Assembly (NCBI GenBank): GCA_963789955.1
Contig: CAWBMV010000037.1
Coordinates: 320,001-384,000, forward strand
From: an uncultured Candidatus Rokubacteria bacterium
Lineage (GTDB): Bacteria > Methylomirabilota > Methylomirabilia > Rokubacteriales > CSP1-6
Length of the DNA: 64,000 bases
Reading direction: 5' to 3'
Made by a program: the position numbers and the translations under genes. Below, piece after piece: positions 54,103-64,000 of this stretch. The stretch's first letter is position 1, and the number at the start of each line of letters is the position of its first letter. The notes below the pieces were generated by a model, which did not search any database, had not been told where the DNA came from, and saw only the letters and a program-made list of their open reading frames with translations.

Positions 54103-55861
54103 CTACTTCTTCGAGATGAGCCAGTGCCCGAGCGCCAGGTGCGGCAGCCCCGAGCGTTCGAACGTGTCCACCGCGTCCTCGGCCGAGCAGACGAGCGGCT
54201 CGCCGTGCAGGTTGAACGAGGTGTTGAGCACGGCGCCGATCCCCGTCCGGCGCTCGAACTCCCGGATGACGCGGTAGTAACCGGGATTCCACGCCTCGTC
54301 GAGGATGTGGGCGCGCGCGGTGCCGTCTTGCGGATGGATCGCCGCGACGATCTCGTCGCGCCGCTTCGCGTTGGTCGGGAACGCGAGCATCATGTACGGC
54401 GAGGTGAAGCTCTTCGGATTGAGCAGGTAGTCGCTCTCGCGCTCACGCAGCACGGTCGGGGCGAACGGCATCCAGAAGTCGCGGCTCTTGATCATCCGGT
54501 TGATCAGATCCACGACGCGATGGTCCGACGGGTTCGCCAGGATCGAGCGGTTGCCGAGCGCGCGCGCGCCGAACTCCATCCGGCCCGCGCAGCGCGCGAC
54601 GACACCGTCGGATACGAGCAGCTCGGCGATCTTCTCCTCGATCGCGGCGTGCTCGCTCACCTTGTAGCGGCTGGCGAGGTCTCGGCCCTTGATCACCGCC
54701 TCGATCTCCGAATCGCGCACGTCCGGTCCGAGGTACGCGGGGCCGAAGGGCTTCGGCGCCGCCTTCACACGAGCGGCGGCGCACAGGTCGAGATAGCCGA
54801 GGTACGCCGCGCCGACCGAGTTGGACTCGTCGCCGCACGACGGGAAGACGAACAGATCGCCGAGCCAGCTCTCGTCGGCGATCAGCATGTTCGCCTTCAC
54901 GTTCATGAACACGCCGCCGCCGAGCGCCAGGCGCTCGCCGCCGTAGCGCTGCCGCGCCAGGCGCGTCCAGCCCACCAGCGCCTCTTCGAGAATCTGCTGG
55001 GCGCCGCCCGCGATCCCGTCGAAGCGCAGGCCCAGGCTCGCCTCGAGCAGCGCGCGATAGAGCGGTCCGCGACGGCGCCACTCGAACCGGCTGGGCTTGC
55101 CCTCCGCCATCGCGAACACCTTGCCGAGCGCGGCGACCGCGCGCTCGGTCTCGCGCGCCGGCGCGTAGGGCGCCAGGCCCATCACCTTGTACTCGTGCTC
55201 CCCCGGCTTCATGCCGAGCAGCAGGGTCACCAGGGTGTAGAACGACCCGAGCGAGCCCGGCCCGCTCGGCGTCGCCTCGTGGCGGGTCAACGTGAGGCCG
55301 TTCGCGCTCGAGACGGTGCCGCAGAGCCCGTCGCCCGAGTTGTCGTTGGTGAGCACCAGCGAGGGGCGACCGCCGAACGGCGAACCATAGTAGGCGGCGG
55401 CGGCGTGGCAGGTGTGATGATCGACGAGCTGCACGCGATCGTCGGCCAGGCGCAGATGGCTCGTCACGTGTGAGCGCCGCTCGCCGTCGGTGAGCGGCGC
55501 CTTGCCGGGCGCCGGATCGAGCAGGCCGAGCTTCGCGCCGAGCTTGCGGGCCCGCCCGCTCAGCCCGCGCCGCGGCGCCTCGAGCCCGACGCCGTAGTAC
55601 CGGCGCATGTAGGCCTCGTCACGCATCACCCGGTTCATCCAGTCGTAGGACGGAATGCGCGTGCCGGCCAGCACGACGCGGTCGATGTCGGCCGGCAGTC
55701 AGGCCGAGGTCGCGCAGGAGCGCGTCGACCGCCCGCCGCGGATAGCCCGCATCGTTCTTCAGGCGCGAGAAGCGCTCTTCGGACGCGCAACCGATGATCT
55801 CGCCGTCACGCAGAACGGCCGCGGTCGCGCAGTGCGTCTCGCTGATCCCCAGGACGATCAC
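54103..55861 (-). CDS. Carbamoyltransferase (NodU/CmcH family), frameshift near 55697
   Basis: LGISETH, EERFSRLK, HHTCHAAAAY, EYKVMGLA, GGVFMNVKAN, EFGARALGNRS, LNTSFNLHGEP. Confidence 0.9.
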
Positions 55862-56057
55862 AACCCGAAGATCATATCAGCAACCCCCACCCAACGCCGC
55901 GCCCCCCACGCGCCGCGGAACGCGAAGACCGGCGCGTGACCGGACGAACGTCGGCAGCGATCGACGTAGCACGGATCGGCGATCACGTGATGGCGCGCAG
56001 AGTCCCGCCCTTGGCGCGAAGAGCGCGGAATCCCGTCAATGGAGCTAAGTACCGCGC

Positions 56058-56217
56058 GCGGAGTCGGGCCGAGGTCGGGATCGAGGCGGGGGAGGTGATC
56101 GGCGGAGTGGGACCCCCTCGTCCTGCCCGCGGCTCGAAGAGCCGCGATTCAGGCGAGTGGGTGACGCAGCCGATCCGCCTCCCCCCGCCTCGGTCCCGAC
56201 CTCGGCCCGCCTCCCGC
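56058..56217. repeat. Structured palindromic element, copy A
   Basis: Long imperfect outer inverted repeat enclosing the core AGTGGGACCCCCTCGTCCTGCCCGC..GCGATTCAGGCGAGTGGGTGACG, shared with 61822..61985. Confidence 0.8.
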
Positions 56218-56224
56218 CAACGCG

Positions 56225-56941
56225 TTAACCCCGGATAGTCCGCATGACGTCCTCGTTGGAGAAGACGTCGCGCGGATTACCCTCGAAGATGATTTCCCCG
56301 CGATCGATCGCGTAGAGCCGATCGCACACCCGGGTCGCGTTGACCAGGTTCGACTCGGCGATCAGCACCGAGATCCCCATGGCCTTGATGGTCCGCACGG
56401 CTTCGATGAAGCGCGTGACCACGACCGGCGCGAGCCCCTCGAACGGCTCGTCGAGCAGCAGGATCGACGGCGCGAGCGACATCGCCCGGGTGATCGCGAC
56501 CATCTTCTTCTGGCCGCCGGAGAGATGCAGCCCCCGGCGCGTCATGAAGCCCTTGACCTCGGGGAACACCGAGAAGACGCGCTCGTCGAGCCCGCGGCGC
56601 GCGTTGGCGCGTGGCGGCACGATCCACGAGGTGATCTGGAAGTTCTCCTCCACCGATAGATCCGGGAAGATCCCGCAGTCTTCGGGCGCGTAGCCGATCC
56701 CGAGGAGCGCGCGCTGATGCGCCGGCAGGCGCGTGATGTCGCGATCGCGGAACGCGACCCGCCCGGAGCGCACCGGCAGGAGCCCCATGATGCTGTCGAT
56801 CGTCGTGGTCTTGCCGGCGCCGTTGCGGCCGACCAGACAGATCGACTCGCCGTCGCCCACGCGCAGCGAGACTTCGCGCAGGATCTGCGCCGGCCCGCGG
56901 AAGGTGTTGATCCGATCGAGCTCGAGCATGGTCGCCGGCAT
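56225..56941 (-). CDS. ABC ATP-binding protein (LivF-like)
   Basis: GRNGAGKTT, YAPED, LSGGQKKM, DEPFEGLAP. Confidence 0.9.
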   Translation of the reverse strand: MPATMLELDRINTFRGPAQILREVSLRVGDGESICLVGRNGAGKTTTIDSIMGLLPVRSGRVAFRDRDITRLPAHQRALLGIGYAPEDCGIFPDLSVEENFQITSWIVPPRANARRGLDERVFSVFPEVKGFMTRRGLHLSGGQKKMVAITRAMSLAPSILLLDEPFEGLAPVVVTRFIEAVRTIKAMGISVLIAESNLVNATRVCDRLYAIDRGEIIFEGNPRDVFSNEDVMRTIRG

Positions 56942-57697
56942 CAACGCGTCTCCGTCGTGCCGATGAGGTTCGTGATGACCATCTCGTTGCGCCGGATCTC
57001 GTCGGGCGTGCCGTCGGCGAGGATCGCCCCCTGGTGCATCGCGACGATCCGGTCGGAGTAGTTGAAGACGACGTCCATGTCGTGCTCGATGATCGCCGCC
57101 GAGATGCCGGTCGAGCGCACCACGGACGTCACCGTGTCCATGATCGGCGCCTTCTCGCGCGTGCTGACCCCGCTGGTCGGCTCGTCGAGGAACAGGAGCT
57201 TCGGACGCAGCGCGTAGGCGACCGCCACGTCGAGCAGCTTCCGCTCGCCCTGCGAGACGCCGCCGGCCAGCATGCGCGCCTTCGCGCTCGAGCCCGAACA
57301 GCTTCAAGATCTCGTGCGCCTCGTCCCAGACGGCGGAATCGCTGGCGGCCAGCGCGACGAGATTGGCGATCTTGCCCTCGCGCGAGAAGATCGTCAGCGC
57401 GACGTTGTCCAGCGCGGTGAGCTGGTCGAAGAGGTTCACGAGCTGGAAGCTCCGCGCGATCCCGGCCTTGATCCGGCCGTGCACGGACTGGTTCGTGACG
57501 TCCGCGTCCCGGAAGATGATCTGGCCTCCGTCGGGCCGGAAGAGCCCGGAGATCAGGTTCACCAGGGTGGTCTTGCCGGCGCCGTTCGAGCCGATCAGGG
57601 CGAGGACCTCGCTGTCCTTGACCGTGAAGTTCACGTGGTCGACGGCGTGCGTGTCGCCGAACCACTTCACGAGATCCTTCGTGACCAGCAGGCTCAC
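56941..57697 (-). CDS. ABC ATP-binding protein (LivG-like), frameshift near 57280
   Basis: GSNGAGKTT, RSFQ, SQGERKLLDVA, DEPTSG, IEHDM. Confidence 0.88.
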
Positions 57698-57698
57698 C

Positions 57699-58700
57699 TC
57701 ACTGCCTCCCCTGGAATCGCGCCAGCAGGCGCCCGGCGGTCCCGACGATCCCGGTCGGCAGCGAGAGCACCAGCCCCACCAGGACGACACCGAGCAGCAG
57801 CTGCCAGTAGACCGTGTAGCCCACCGCGTACGTCTTGAGGTAGTTGAACACGATGGCGCCGACGATCGGCCCGGCGAACGACCGGAACCCGCCGAGCACC
57901 GTCATGAACACGATCTCGCCCGAGAACGTCCAGTGCATGATGTCGGGCGTCGTGAGCCCGTTGAGCGGCACCCACAAGGCCCCCGCGAGCCCGGTGAAGA
58001 CGCCGGAGACCAGGAACGCCACCCAGCGGTACGGCCAGATCCGCACGCCCACGAACTGCGCGCGCGTCTCGTTGTCGCGGATCGCCTGGAGCGCCATGCC
58101 GAAGGGCGAGTTCACGATCACCCACATGAGCGCGACGCACAGGCAGAACACGATGAGTACGTAGTAGTAGTACGCGTGGGACATGAAGGCGATCTTGTCC
58201 CCCGCGCCGGTCACGAGCCCGCCGAAGAGCGACGGCGTGGGCACGCGCAGCCCGTCGGTGCCGCCCGTCACCCAGAAGAACTTGAAGGCGAGCGACCAGA
58301 GCACCTGCGAGAGGGCGAGGGTGAGAATGCCGAAGAAGATCGTCGTGTAGCGCACGCAGACGACGCCGAAGAGCGCGGTGATCAGGACCGACGCGACGAT
58401 CGCGGCCACCAGGAAGAGCTCCATCGAGCTGATCTTGAGGTACTTCACCGCGAGCGCCACGGCATAGGCGCCGACGCCGAAGTAGGCCGAGTGACCGAAC
58501 GAGAGGAGGCCGGTGTAGCCGAGCAGCAGGTTGAAGCCGAGCGCGCCGATGGCCATCACGAGCCCGTAGGCCAGGAGGATCGAGCTGTACGGCGGCAGGA
58601 CGAGCGGGACGAGCGCCAGCAGCACCACGATCGGCAGCGCGATCCGCAGGGCGCGCGCGCTCGAGACGGTCGGCCGCAGCGCGGAGGCCGGCACGCTCAT
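57699..58700 (-). CDS. Branched-chain amino acid ABC permease (LivM-like)
   Basis: NLLLGYTGLLSFGHSAYFG, TGGTDG, SPFG..LQAIRDNE. Confidence 0.9.
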   Translation of the reverse strand: MSVPASALRPTVSSARALRIALPIVVLLALVPLVLPPYSSILLAYGLVMAIGALGFNLLLGYTGLLSFGHSAYFGVGAYAVALAVKYLKISSMELFLVAAIVASVLITALFGVVCVRYTTIFFGILTLALSQVLWSLAFKFFWVTGGTDGLRVPTPSLFGGLVTGAGDKIAFMSHAYYYYVLIVFCLCVALMWVIVNSPFGMALQAIRDNETRAQFVGVRIWPYRWVAFLVSGVFTGLAGALWVPLNGLTTPDIMHWTFSGEIVFMTVLGGFRSFAGPIVGAIVFNYLKTYAVGYTVYWQLLLGVVLVGLVLSLPTGIVGTAGRLLARFQGRQ

Positions 58701-59572
58701 GGGCGCCCGAAGAGCCCGGCCGGCCGCACGAGCAGCACCAGCGCCGCGATGAGGTAGAGCACCGCCAGCTCGATCTCGGCGAACCAGGTGATCCCGGCTT
58801 CGCGCACGAAGCCCACGATGATCGCGCCGACCAGCGCGCCCTCGAGGCTTCCGAGCCCGCCGATGACGACGACGATGAACGAGAGCACGAGCGCGTCCAC
58901 GCCCATGCCCAGCACCGCCGACTGGCTCGGCACGATGATCGCGCCGCCGAGCCCGGCCATGAAGCAGCCGAGCGTGAAGGCCTCGACGTAGACGCGATTG
59001 ACGTTCACGCCCAGGGCCGACGCCATGCGCATGTTCTGCGAGGTGGCGCGCAGCACGACGCCGAACTTCGTCCGGTAGATGAACGCCCAGAGGAAGACGG
59101 CGGCGGCGGCGCCCACGCCGATGACGAGGAAGTTATAGGTCGGGTAGATCGAGTCCCCCACCGACACGCTCCCGAAGCCCTCGAACAAGGCGCTCGCCGA
59201 GAGCGGATACGGCCCCCAGAGGAAGCGCATCACGTCCTCGAGGATCATGAGGAGCCCGAACGTGCACAGCAGCTGGTATTCCTCGGCGCGCTTGTAGAAG
59301 GGCCGCAGGAGCGTCGGCTCGAGGATCGCGCCGAGCAACGCGGTGGCGACCGCGCCCACCGGCAGGAGCACGAGCCACACCGGCAAGGACGCCCCCGCCA
59401 CCACCGAGCCGATGACCCACGCCGTCACGTACGCGCCGAAGGCGTAGATGTTGCCGTGGGCCAGGTTCACGATGCGCATGACGCCGTAGATGAGGCTGAG
59501 CCCGCCCGCGATCAGAAAGAGAACCGACGCGTAGAGGAGCGAGTTGAGCAGATGGATGAGGAGGACGTCCAC
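58697..59572 (-). CDS. Branched-chain amino acid ABC permease (LivH-like)
   Basis: GLSLIYGVMRIVNLAHG, GGLGSLEGA, RPAGLFG. Confidence 0.9.
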   Translation of the reverse strand: MDVLLIHLLNSLLYASVLFLIAGGLSLIYGVMRIVNLAHGNIYAFGAYVTAWVIGSVVAGASLPVWLVLLPVGAVATALLGAILEPTLLRPFYKRAEEYQLLCTFGLLMILEDVMRFLWGPYPLSASALFEGFGSVSVGDSIYPTYNFLVIGVGAAAAVFLWAFIYRTKFGVVLRATSQNMRMASALGVNVNRVYVEAFTLGCFMAGLGGAIIVPSQSAVLGMGVDALVLSFIVVVIGGLGSLEGALVGAIIVGFVREAGITWFAEIELAVLYLIAALVLLVRPAGLFGRP

Positions 59573-61804
59573 TACTCGGCCACGCGGTACGAGATCACCT
59601 TCACCTCAGGGTTCGTCGAGTTGCCGTTGAGCGCCACCGCCAGCAGGACGCGGTACGCGCCCGGCGGCAGCTTGCCTTTGAGATCGACGATCAGCCGTCC
59701 TCCTTCCAGCTCTTGCGCGCGCCCGGTCGCGACGACCTCGTCACCGGCGCCGACCGCCGTCCAGCGCGCCACCACCGTGTCGTGCGCCTTCTCGCCGGTG
59801 GGCTCGAGCCGCATCGGCTCCCGCACGATCTTATACGACCGCTCGAATTTCGTGAGAGTTTGCGCGTCGACCTGCAGCTCGAGCCGGTCGCCGCGCCGGT
59901 CGACCCCGGCGACCCAGGCGCGCAGGGGCAGCGCCCAGCGGTCGAACGAGCCCACGACGTTGGGATAGGAGAGGTCGCGGAACACGGCCAGGACCGTCGA
60001 GTCGCCCGACCATTTCTGCAGGCGATAGGGCCCGCTCGTCACCAGCCAGTGACCGTGCTTCTGGCGGAAGCGCCTGAGCGCGGCCCACCGCTGGCGGGCC
60101 TGCTCGACGGTGACCAGGCCCTTGAGCGCGTCCGGCACGTACGCCCGGCGCTCGAAGCTCTCGGCGATCGGGCCGAGCGCGTCGACGAGCTTCCGGTCGC
60201 GCGCCAGATCGAGCCACGGGACGCCGCGCCGCCGGGCCTCGTCCTCCGAGAACGCCGCGAGCCCGCGCGTGACGGCTTCCTCCATCAGCACGACGAGCTG
60301 CCACGGCACCGGGCTCCACGGCGGCGCGATCGCCGGCGCCTCGGCCGCGCCGGCCGCGTGGCGCAGGTACACCTCGATCACGGGCGTCTCGAGAAACACC
60401 TGGAGATCGCCGAAGTCCCGGATCTCGTTTTCGGTCTTCACCACGCGCACGGCGGCGAGCCAGTCGCGCAGGAGCGCGGTCGTCCGGTCGACCTGTCGAT
60501 CCTTGTCGCTCCAGCGGCGGGCGAAGACGTACGGATAGATGAGGTCGGCCACGCTCATCTTCGTCTCGTCGTGAAACTTCGACAGCGCGACGCGGTAGGT
60601 GACGCGCTGCTGGGCCATCGAGCCCGGCGCGGCGGGGCGCTGGGCGCCCGTCGAAACCTCGAATGCGAGCGCGTCGCGTGGCACCTCGACAGGACCGGAG
60701 ACCTCGACGGCGCGCACGCGGTTCGGAAGCCAGCCGACGCCGTAGGGCTCCGGCAACATCCCGGCATCGCCGAGCGCCGACCACATGAGCGCGCCCGCCT
60801 CGTCGGTGAAGCCGGCGATCGGATTCCACGCCGCCGCCGGGCGCGTCCCCGTCGCGACGCGAAGCCAGCCGTTCCACGGAAAGTCCTTCAGCTTCACGGT
60901 CCGGAGAAAGACTCCCGAGCCGAGGCCCGCCTGATTGTCGTAGCCGATGTTCTCGACGCCCTCGGAGTAGCTATCGTTGACCGCCTCGCGCCTGAGCGCG
61001 TAGCCGAGCGGGACTCGCTCGCAGCCGCGCGTCACGAGCGTCACCAGACGCCGCTCGAGATTCAGGCGCTCCACCGCGTTCGCGTAGTCGCCGCGCACGC
61101 GGCGGGCGAACGTGTCTTCGATCGCGCTGCGCGCGCCGGGATCGGTGACGGCGCGCGCCGAGAGCGCATGGGCCTGAAACCACCCTTCCTTGAGCCAGGG
61201 CGGCCCCATCCAGCCGTTGATCCGCGTGGCCTCGTCGCGCAGGAGCTCGGTGAGCGAAACGTCTTCGAGCGTCGCGTCCCACTCCTGATCGGCGGGGCGC
61301 CATGCCTGGCCCGCCGCCGAGCCCGACGAAGCCCTTTCGCACGCGCAGCCGTGGAACCGGCGCCGCCGACGCCACGCGGGCCTTCGCCGCGTCGATCAGG
61401 TCGACGTGGTGGACGTAGTCATCGTGCCAGGGCGTGACGGGATAGGGATAGACGACGAATTCGGACTTCGCCGCGGCGAGCGCCGGCGCCAGCCGGGCCG
61501 CCGCCGCGCAACGATCGCGCGCATCGGCGAACACGCGACTCGCCGGATTGAACGTGAGCACGGCGAAGCCACGGAGCGACTCGACCCACGCGAGCTCCGC
61601 GGGGCTCTTCGGCGTCGCCAGCCCTCCGACGTAGGCATGAATCGCGTTCTTGGCGAAGAGCCGCGGCGCGGCCGCGGGCTCGGCGACCGACAAGGTGATC
61701 TCCTGCGGATAAAACGACGGGTAGTAAGGAATCTCGTGCCCCGCCCGAGCAGTCGCGGCACAGACGGCGACGAGCACCAGCACGGAGATGAGCACTCGAA
61801 CCAC
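59572..61804 (-). CDS. Large exported hypothetical protein with family-5 solute-binding-like segments (frameshift near 61310)
   Basis: Signal ..ATARA|GHEIPYYPSFYPQEI; WNPIAGF, KFHDETKMSVADLIY, SGPYRL; stitched from ORFs 60971..62050 and 59572..61209. Confidence 0.65.
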
Positions 61805-61821
61805 AACTATGCCCAATCGAG

Positions 61822-61985
61822 GTCGGGGGCGGCGGCCCGGGGTGGGGTGCCCCCGGGCGACGCGGCCGTGCGAAGTGGGACCCCCTCGTCCCGCCCGCAG
61901 CGCGAAAGCGCTGCGTTCGGGCGAGCGGGTGACGGAGCCGGCTGCGTCGCCCGGGGGCACCCCACCCCGGGCCGCCGCCCCCGAC
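61822..61985. repeat. Structured palindromic element, copy B
   Basis: 47-bp inverted repeat (61822-61868 / 61939-61985, one mismatch) enclosing the same core as copy A, with an inner CGCAGCGC-GAAA-GCGCTGCG hairpin. Confidence 0.85.
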
Positions 61986-61991
61986 AGAACG

Positions 61992-63360
61992 CTAAGCTTT
62001 GACCGACGGCCAGGTCTTGTCGATCCAGGTGTACGTCGAGGTCGGCTCACCCTTCGGCCAGCCGGGAGGCGCCGTGATGCTCCGGATCGGGATCGTGATG
62101 ATGCGCGCCGGATCGAGAATCGGGAACGGATACTCCGGCACGTTCTTGCTGAACCCGATGATCGCGTCCTTGTATCCCTGGTGGTTATCCGGGCGGATGT
62201 ACACGTAGCCCGCCGGGCCGGCCATCATCGCGCCCTCGAGCATGGCGATGATCGCGTCGTCGTCCGGCCAGCCGCCGACGAGCTTGTTGGCCTTGTCGAT
62301 GGCGGCCTTCAGCATGTAGGTCGCGGTGTAGGCGCCCTCGGCCTGGAAGTTCGGGTACTCGTTGAAGCGCTGGTGGTACTTCTCGACGAAGGTCTTGTTG
62401 AGCGGCCACTTGTCGCCGCTCGGGTACGTGAAGTGGTAGTTCGAGTGCACGCCGGCGATGATGCCCTCGGGGTGATCCTTGCCGAGCGCGTGCGGCGCGA
62501 CGCCGCGCGCCAGGGTGGTCGCGAACTTCGCCTTCTCGAACATGCCGTAGCGCAGCGCCTGCTTGTAGAGCGCGACGTAGTCGCCGCCCCACACCGAGGA
62601 GACGATCAGGTCGGGCTTCGACGCGATCGCCTTGGTGATGTGCGAGCTGAAGTCGGTCGTTCCGAGCTTCGGCCAGCCCTCGGAGACCGTCTCGGCCTGC
62701 GGCATCATCTTCTTCATGACGATCTTCAGGTGGTCGAACGCGTTACGACCGTAGGAGTAGTCGGGATGGATGTGCGCGATGCGCTTGGACTTCGGCCACG
62801 TCTGCGCGATCGCCAGCGCCGTCGTGCAGCCGTCCGCCGACTGGATGTTGGTCAGCCGGAAGACGTAGTGCGGGTTCGGCACGGCCTTGTCGAAGAGGAA
62901 GTCGGTGCAGCCGTCGACGAACATCGTGAGGACCTTCAGCTCCTCGGCGACCGGACCCGAGCGCGGGCGTGTTGCCGCTCGAGGTGATGCCGCAGAAGAA
63001 GTCGATGTTCTCGGAGAGCTTCAGGCGCCGCAGCTCCTTCACGTTCGCGTCGGTGCCCGCGTTCTCGTCGGCCTTGAGGAGCTCGATCTTCCGCTTGCCG
63101 AGGAGCCCGCCCGCGGCGTTGATCTCCTCGGCCGCCAGCTGCTGGCCCTTGTACATCGGCTCGCCGAGCACGGCCGCCGGCCCGGTGAAGAAGGTCATGT
63201 GGCCGATCTTGAACGGCTTGTCGGGAATGTTCCCTTTCGGCTTGTCCTGCGCGTGCGCGACGCCGACGACCGGGATGGCGCCTCCGGCGGTGGCGAGCGC
63301 GGCGCCGACACTGACGCCGAGAGAGCTGAGGAAATTCCGACGATCCACTTCACCTGCCAT
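61992..63360 (-). CDS. ABC substrate-binding protein (Leu/Ile/Val-binding family) with Tat signal, frameshift near 62960
   Basis: DRRNFL signal; LAAEEINAAGGLLG, PDYSYG, WPKLGTTDFSSHIT. Confidence 0.88.
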
Positions 63361-63487
63361 GAGTGATCCCTCCATTGGGGGTAGACGTCTCGGGAGCCGT
63401 GGGGCCTCACGCGTTGAGCCTGTAGCATCAATCGCGCAAATGTCAAGGAACCCGGGCCGGCCCGCCCGGCCTTCTGGCCTATAATCG

Positions 63488-64000
63488 ATGGCCAGCGAGT
63501 TCCGTTCCCGACTCGAGGCGAGGGTGGCTGGATTGGCGCGGGTGTTGACGACGACGTCGCGGGGCATCGCCGCGGCGGTGCGCGCGCGCCCCGCCGCGAC
63601 GCTCGCTGTCTTCACGATCGTCCTGGCGCTTCACGTGCTCCTGCCTCCTCTGCTTCTGGCGGTGGCGCGTAAGCCCTGGACTTACTTCACCTTCAATCCG
63701 TGGTTGAAGCGGCTCCCGGACTACCTGATCTCCAGCGCGCCGCTCGAGCAGAAGCTCGACTTCCTGTCCCGTGTCGCCGTCTTCTGGTTCTCGGCGGACG
63801 GCGCTTACGGCGCCCCGGAGTGGGGCTTCGCCGTCGACTCGATGGACCTCGCGCGCTTCCTCGCGATGGCGCTCCTGATCGGCGTGTACTTCGCGCTCGT
63901 GCTCTATCGACGCCGACAAGGACGGCTGACCGGCTGGCGCGCCGGCACCAGCCGCGCCGGCGGAGTCGTCGGCGCATTCGCCGGCGTCCTCGGGCTGTCC
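63488..64000 (+). CDS. Hypothetical membrane protein, 3'-truncated; start uncertain
   Basis: Open frame to the window end with hydrophobic segments (LAVFTIVLALHVLLPPLLL; FLAMALLIGVYFALVL). Confidence 0.65.
   Translation, partial: MASEFRSRLEARVAGLARVLTTTSRGIAAAVRARPAATLAVFTIVLALHVLLPPLLLAVARKPWTYFTFNPWLKRLPDYLISSAPLEQKLDFLSRVAVFWFSADGAYGAPEWGFAVDSMDLARFLAMALLIGVYFALVLYRRRQGRLTGWRAGTSRAGGVVGAFAGVLGLS

Noticed and set aside
56100..56170. HDV-like or other known ribozyme in the repeated core (GGAC-CCCCUC-GUCC resembles a P3/L3)
   Set aside because: No upstream P1 partner strand is conserved in both copies, and the covariation supports a simple rod-like hairpin instead.
63480..63490. Perfect TATAAT as a leaderless promoter for the ATG at 63488
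   Set aside because: Only 2 nt separate it from the ATG, which is too close; it may serve a later start, unresolved.

Overview
High-GC bacterial window, densely coding, with no rRNA, tRNA, CRISPR array or transposase that I can support. The many Liv-type and peptide ABC transporters and the gene style suggest a Rokubacteria/Methylomirabilota-like soil organism (inference only). More than 20 genes are broken by single-base indels, most likely long-read consensus errors, so many calls are stitched across frames. Ordinary content: two branched-chain amino acid-type ABC operons, a peptide ABC operon, a MarR-RND efflux unit, glutamate dehydrogenase, TrmL, an Lhr helicase, an anthraniloyl/salicylyl-CoA monooxygenase-reductase, an amidase, a carbamoyltransferase and assorted hydrolases and oxidoreductases. 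The most notable region is a metal (probably copper) handling island at about 15.6-30.8 kb. It holds CopC, CopD, a cupredoxin-like protein, a cytochrome c, TonB, a TonB-dependent receptor, a BNR protein and duplicated Cys-cluster membrane proteins. Three of its operons each begin with a paralogous membrane-anchored leader gene: signal peptide with a +1 His, two TM helices, FExxxHxVHHLxD, CxVAxxxxH, and a C-terminal GRAPP whose Arg lies 48 residues after the Cys. The mRNA at the RAPP/stop codons is complementary to the downstream ribosome-binding region. This looks like a His-rich, metal-sensing ribosome-arrest attenuator family, analogous to but distinct from the CxxC-type DUF2946 (CruR/CutF) leaders. 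Also notable: a two-copy structured RNA/repeat with covarying stems in the second Liv operon, a tandem pair of QueG/RdhA-like Fe-S proteins, and frequent leaderless-type promoters.
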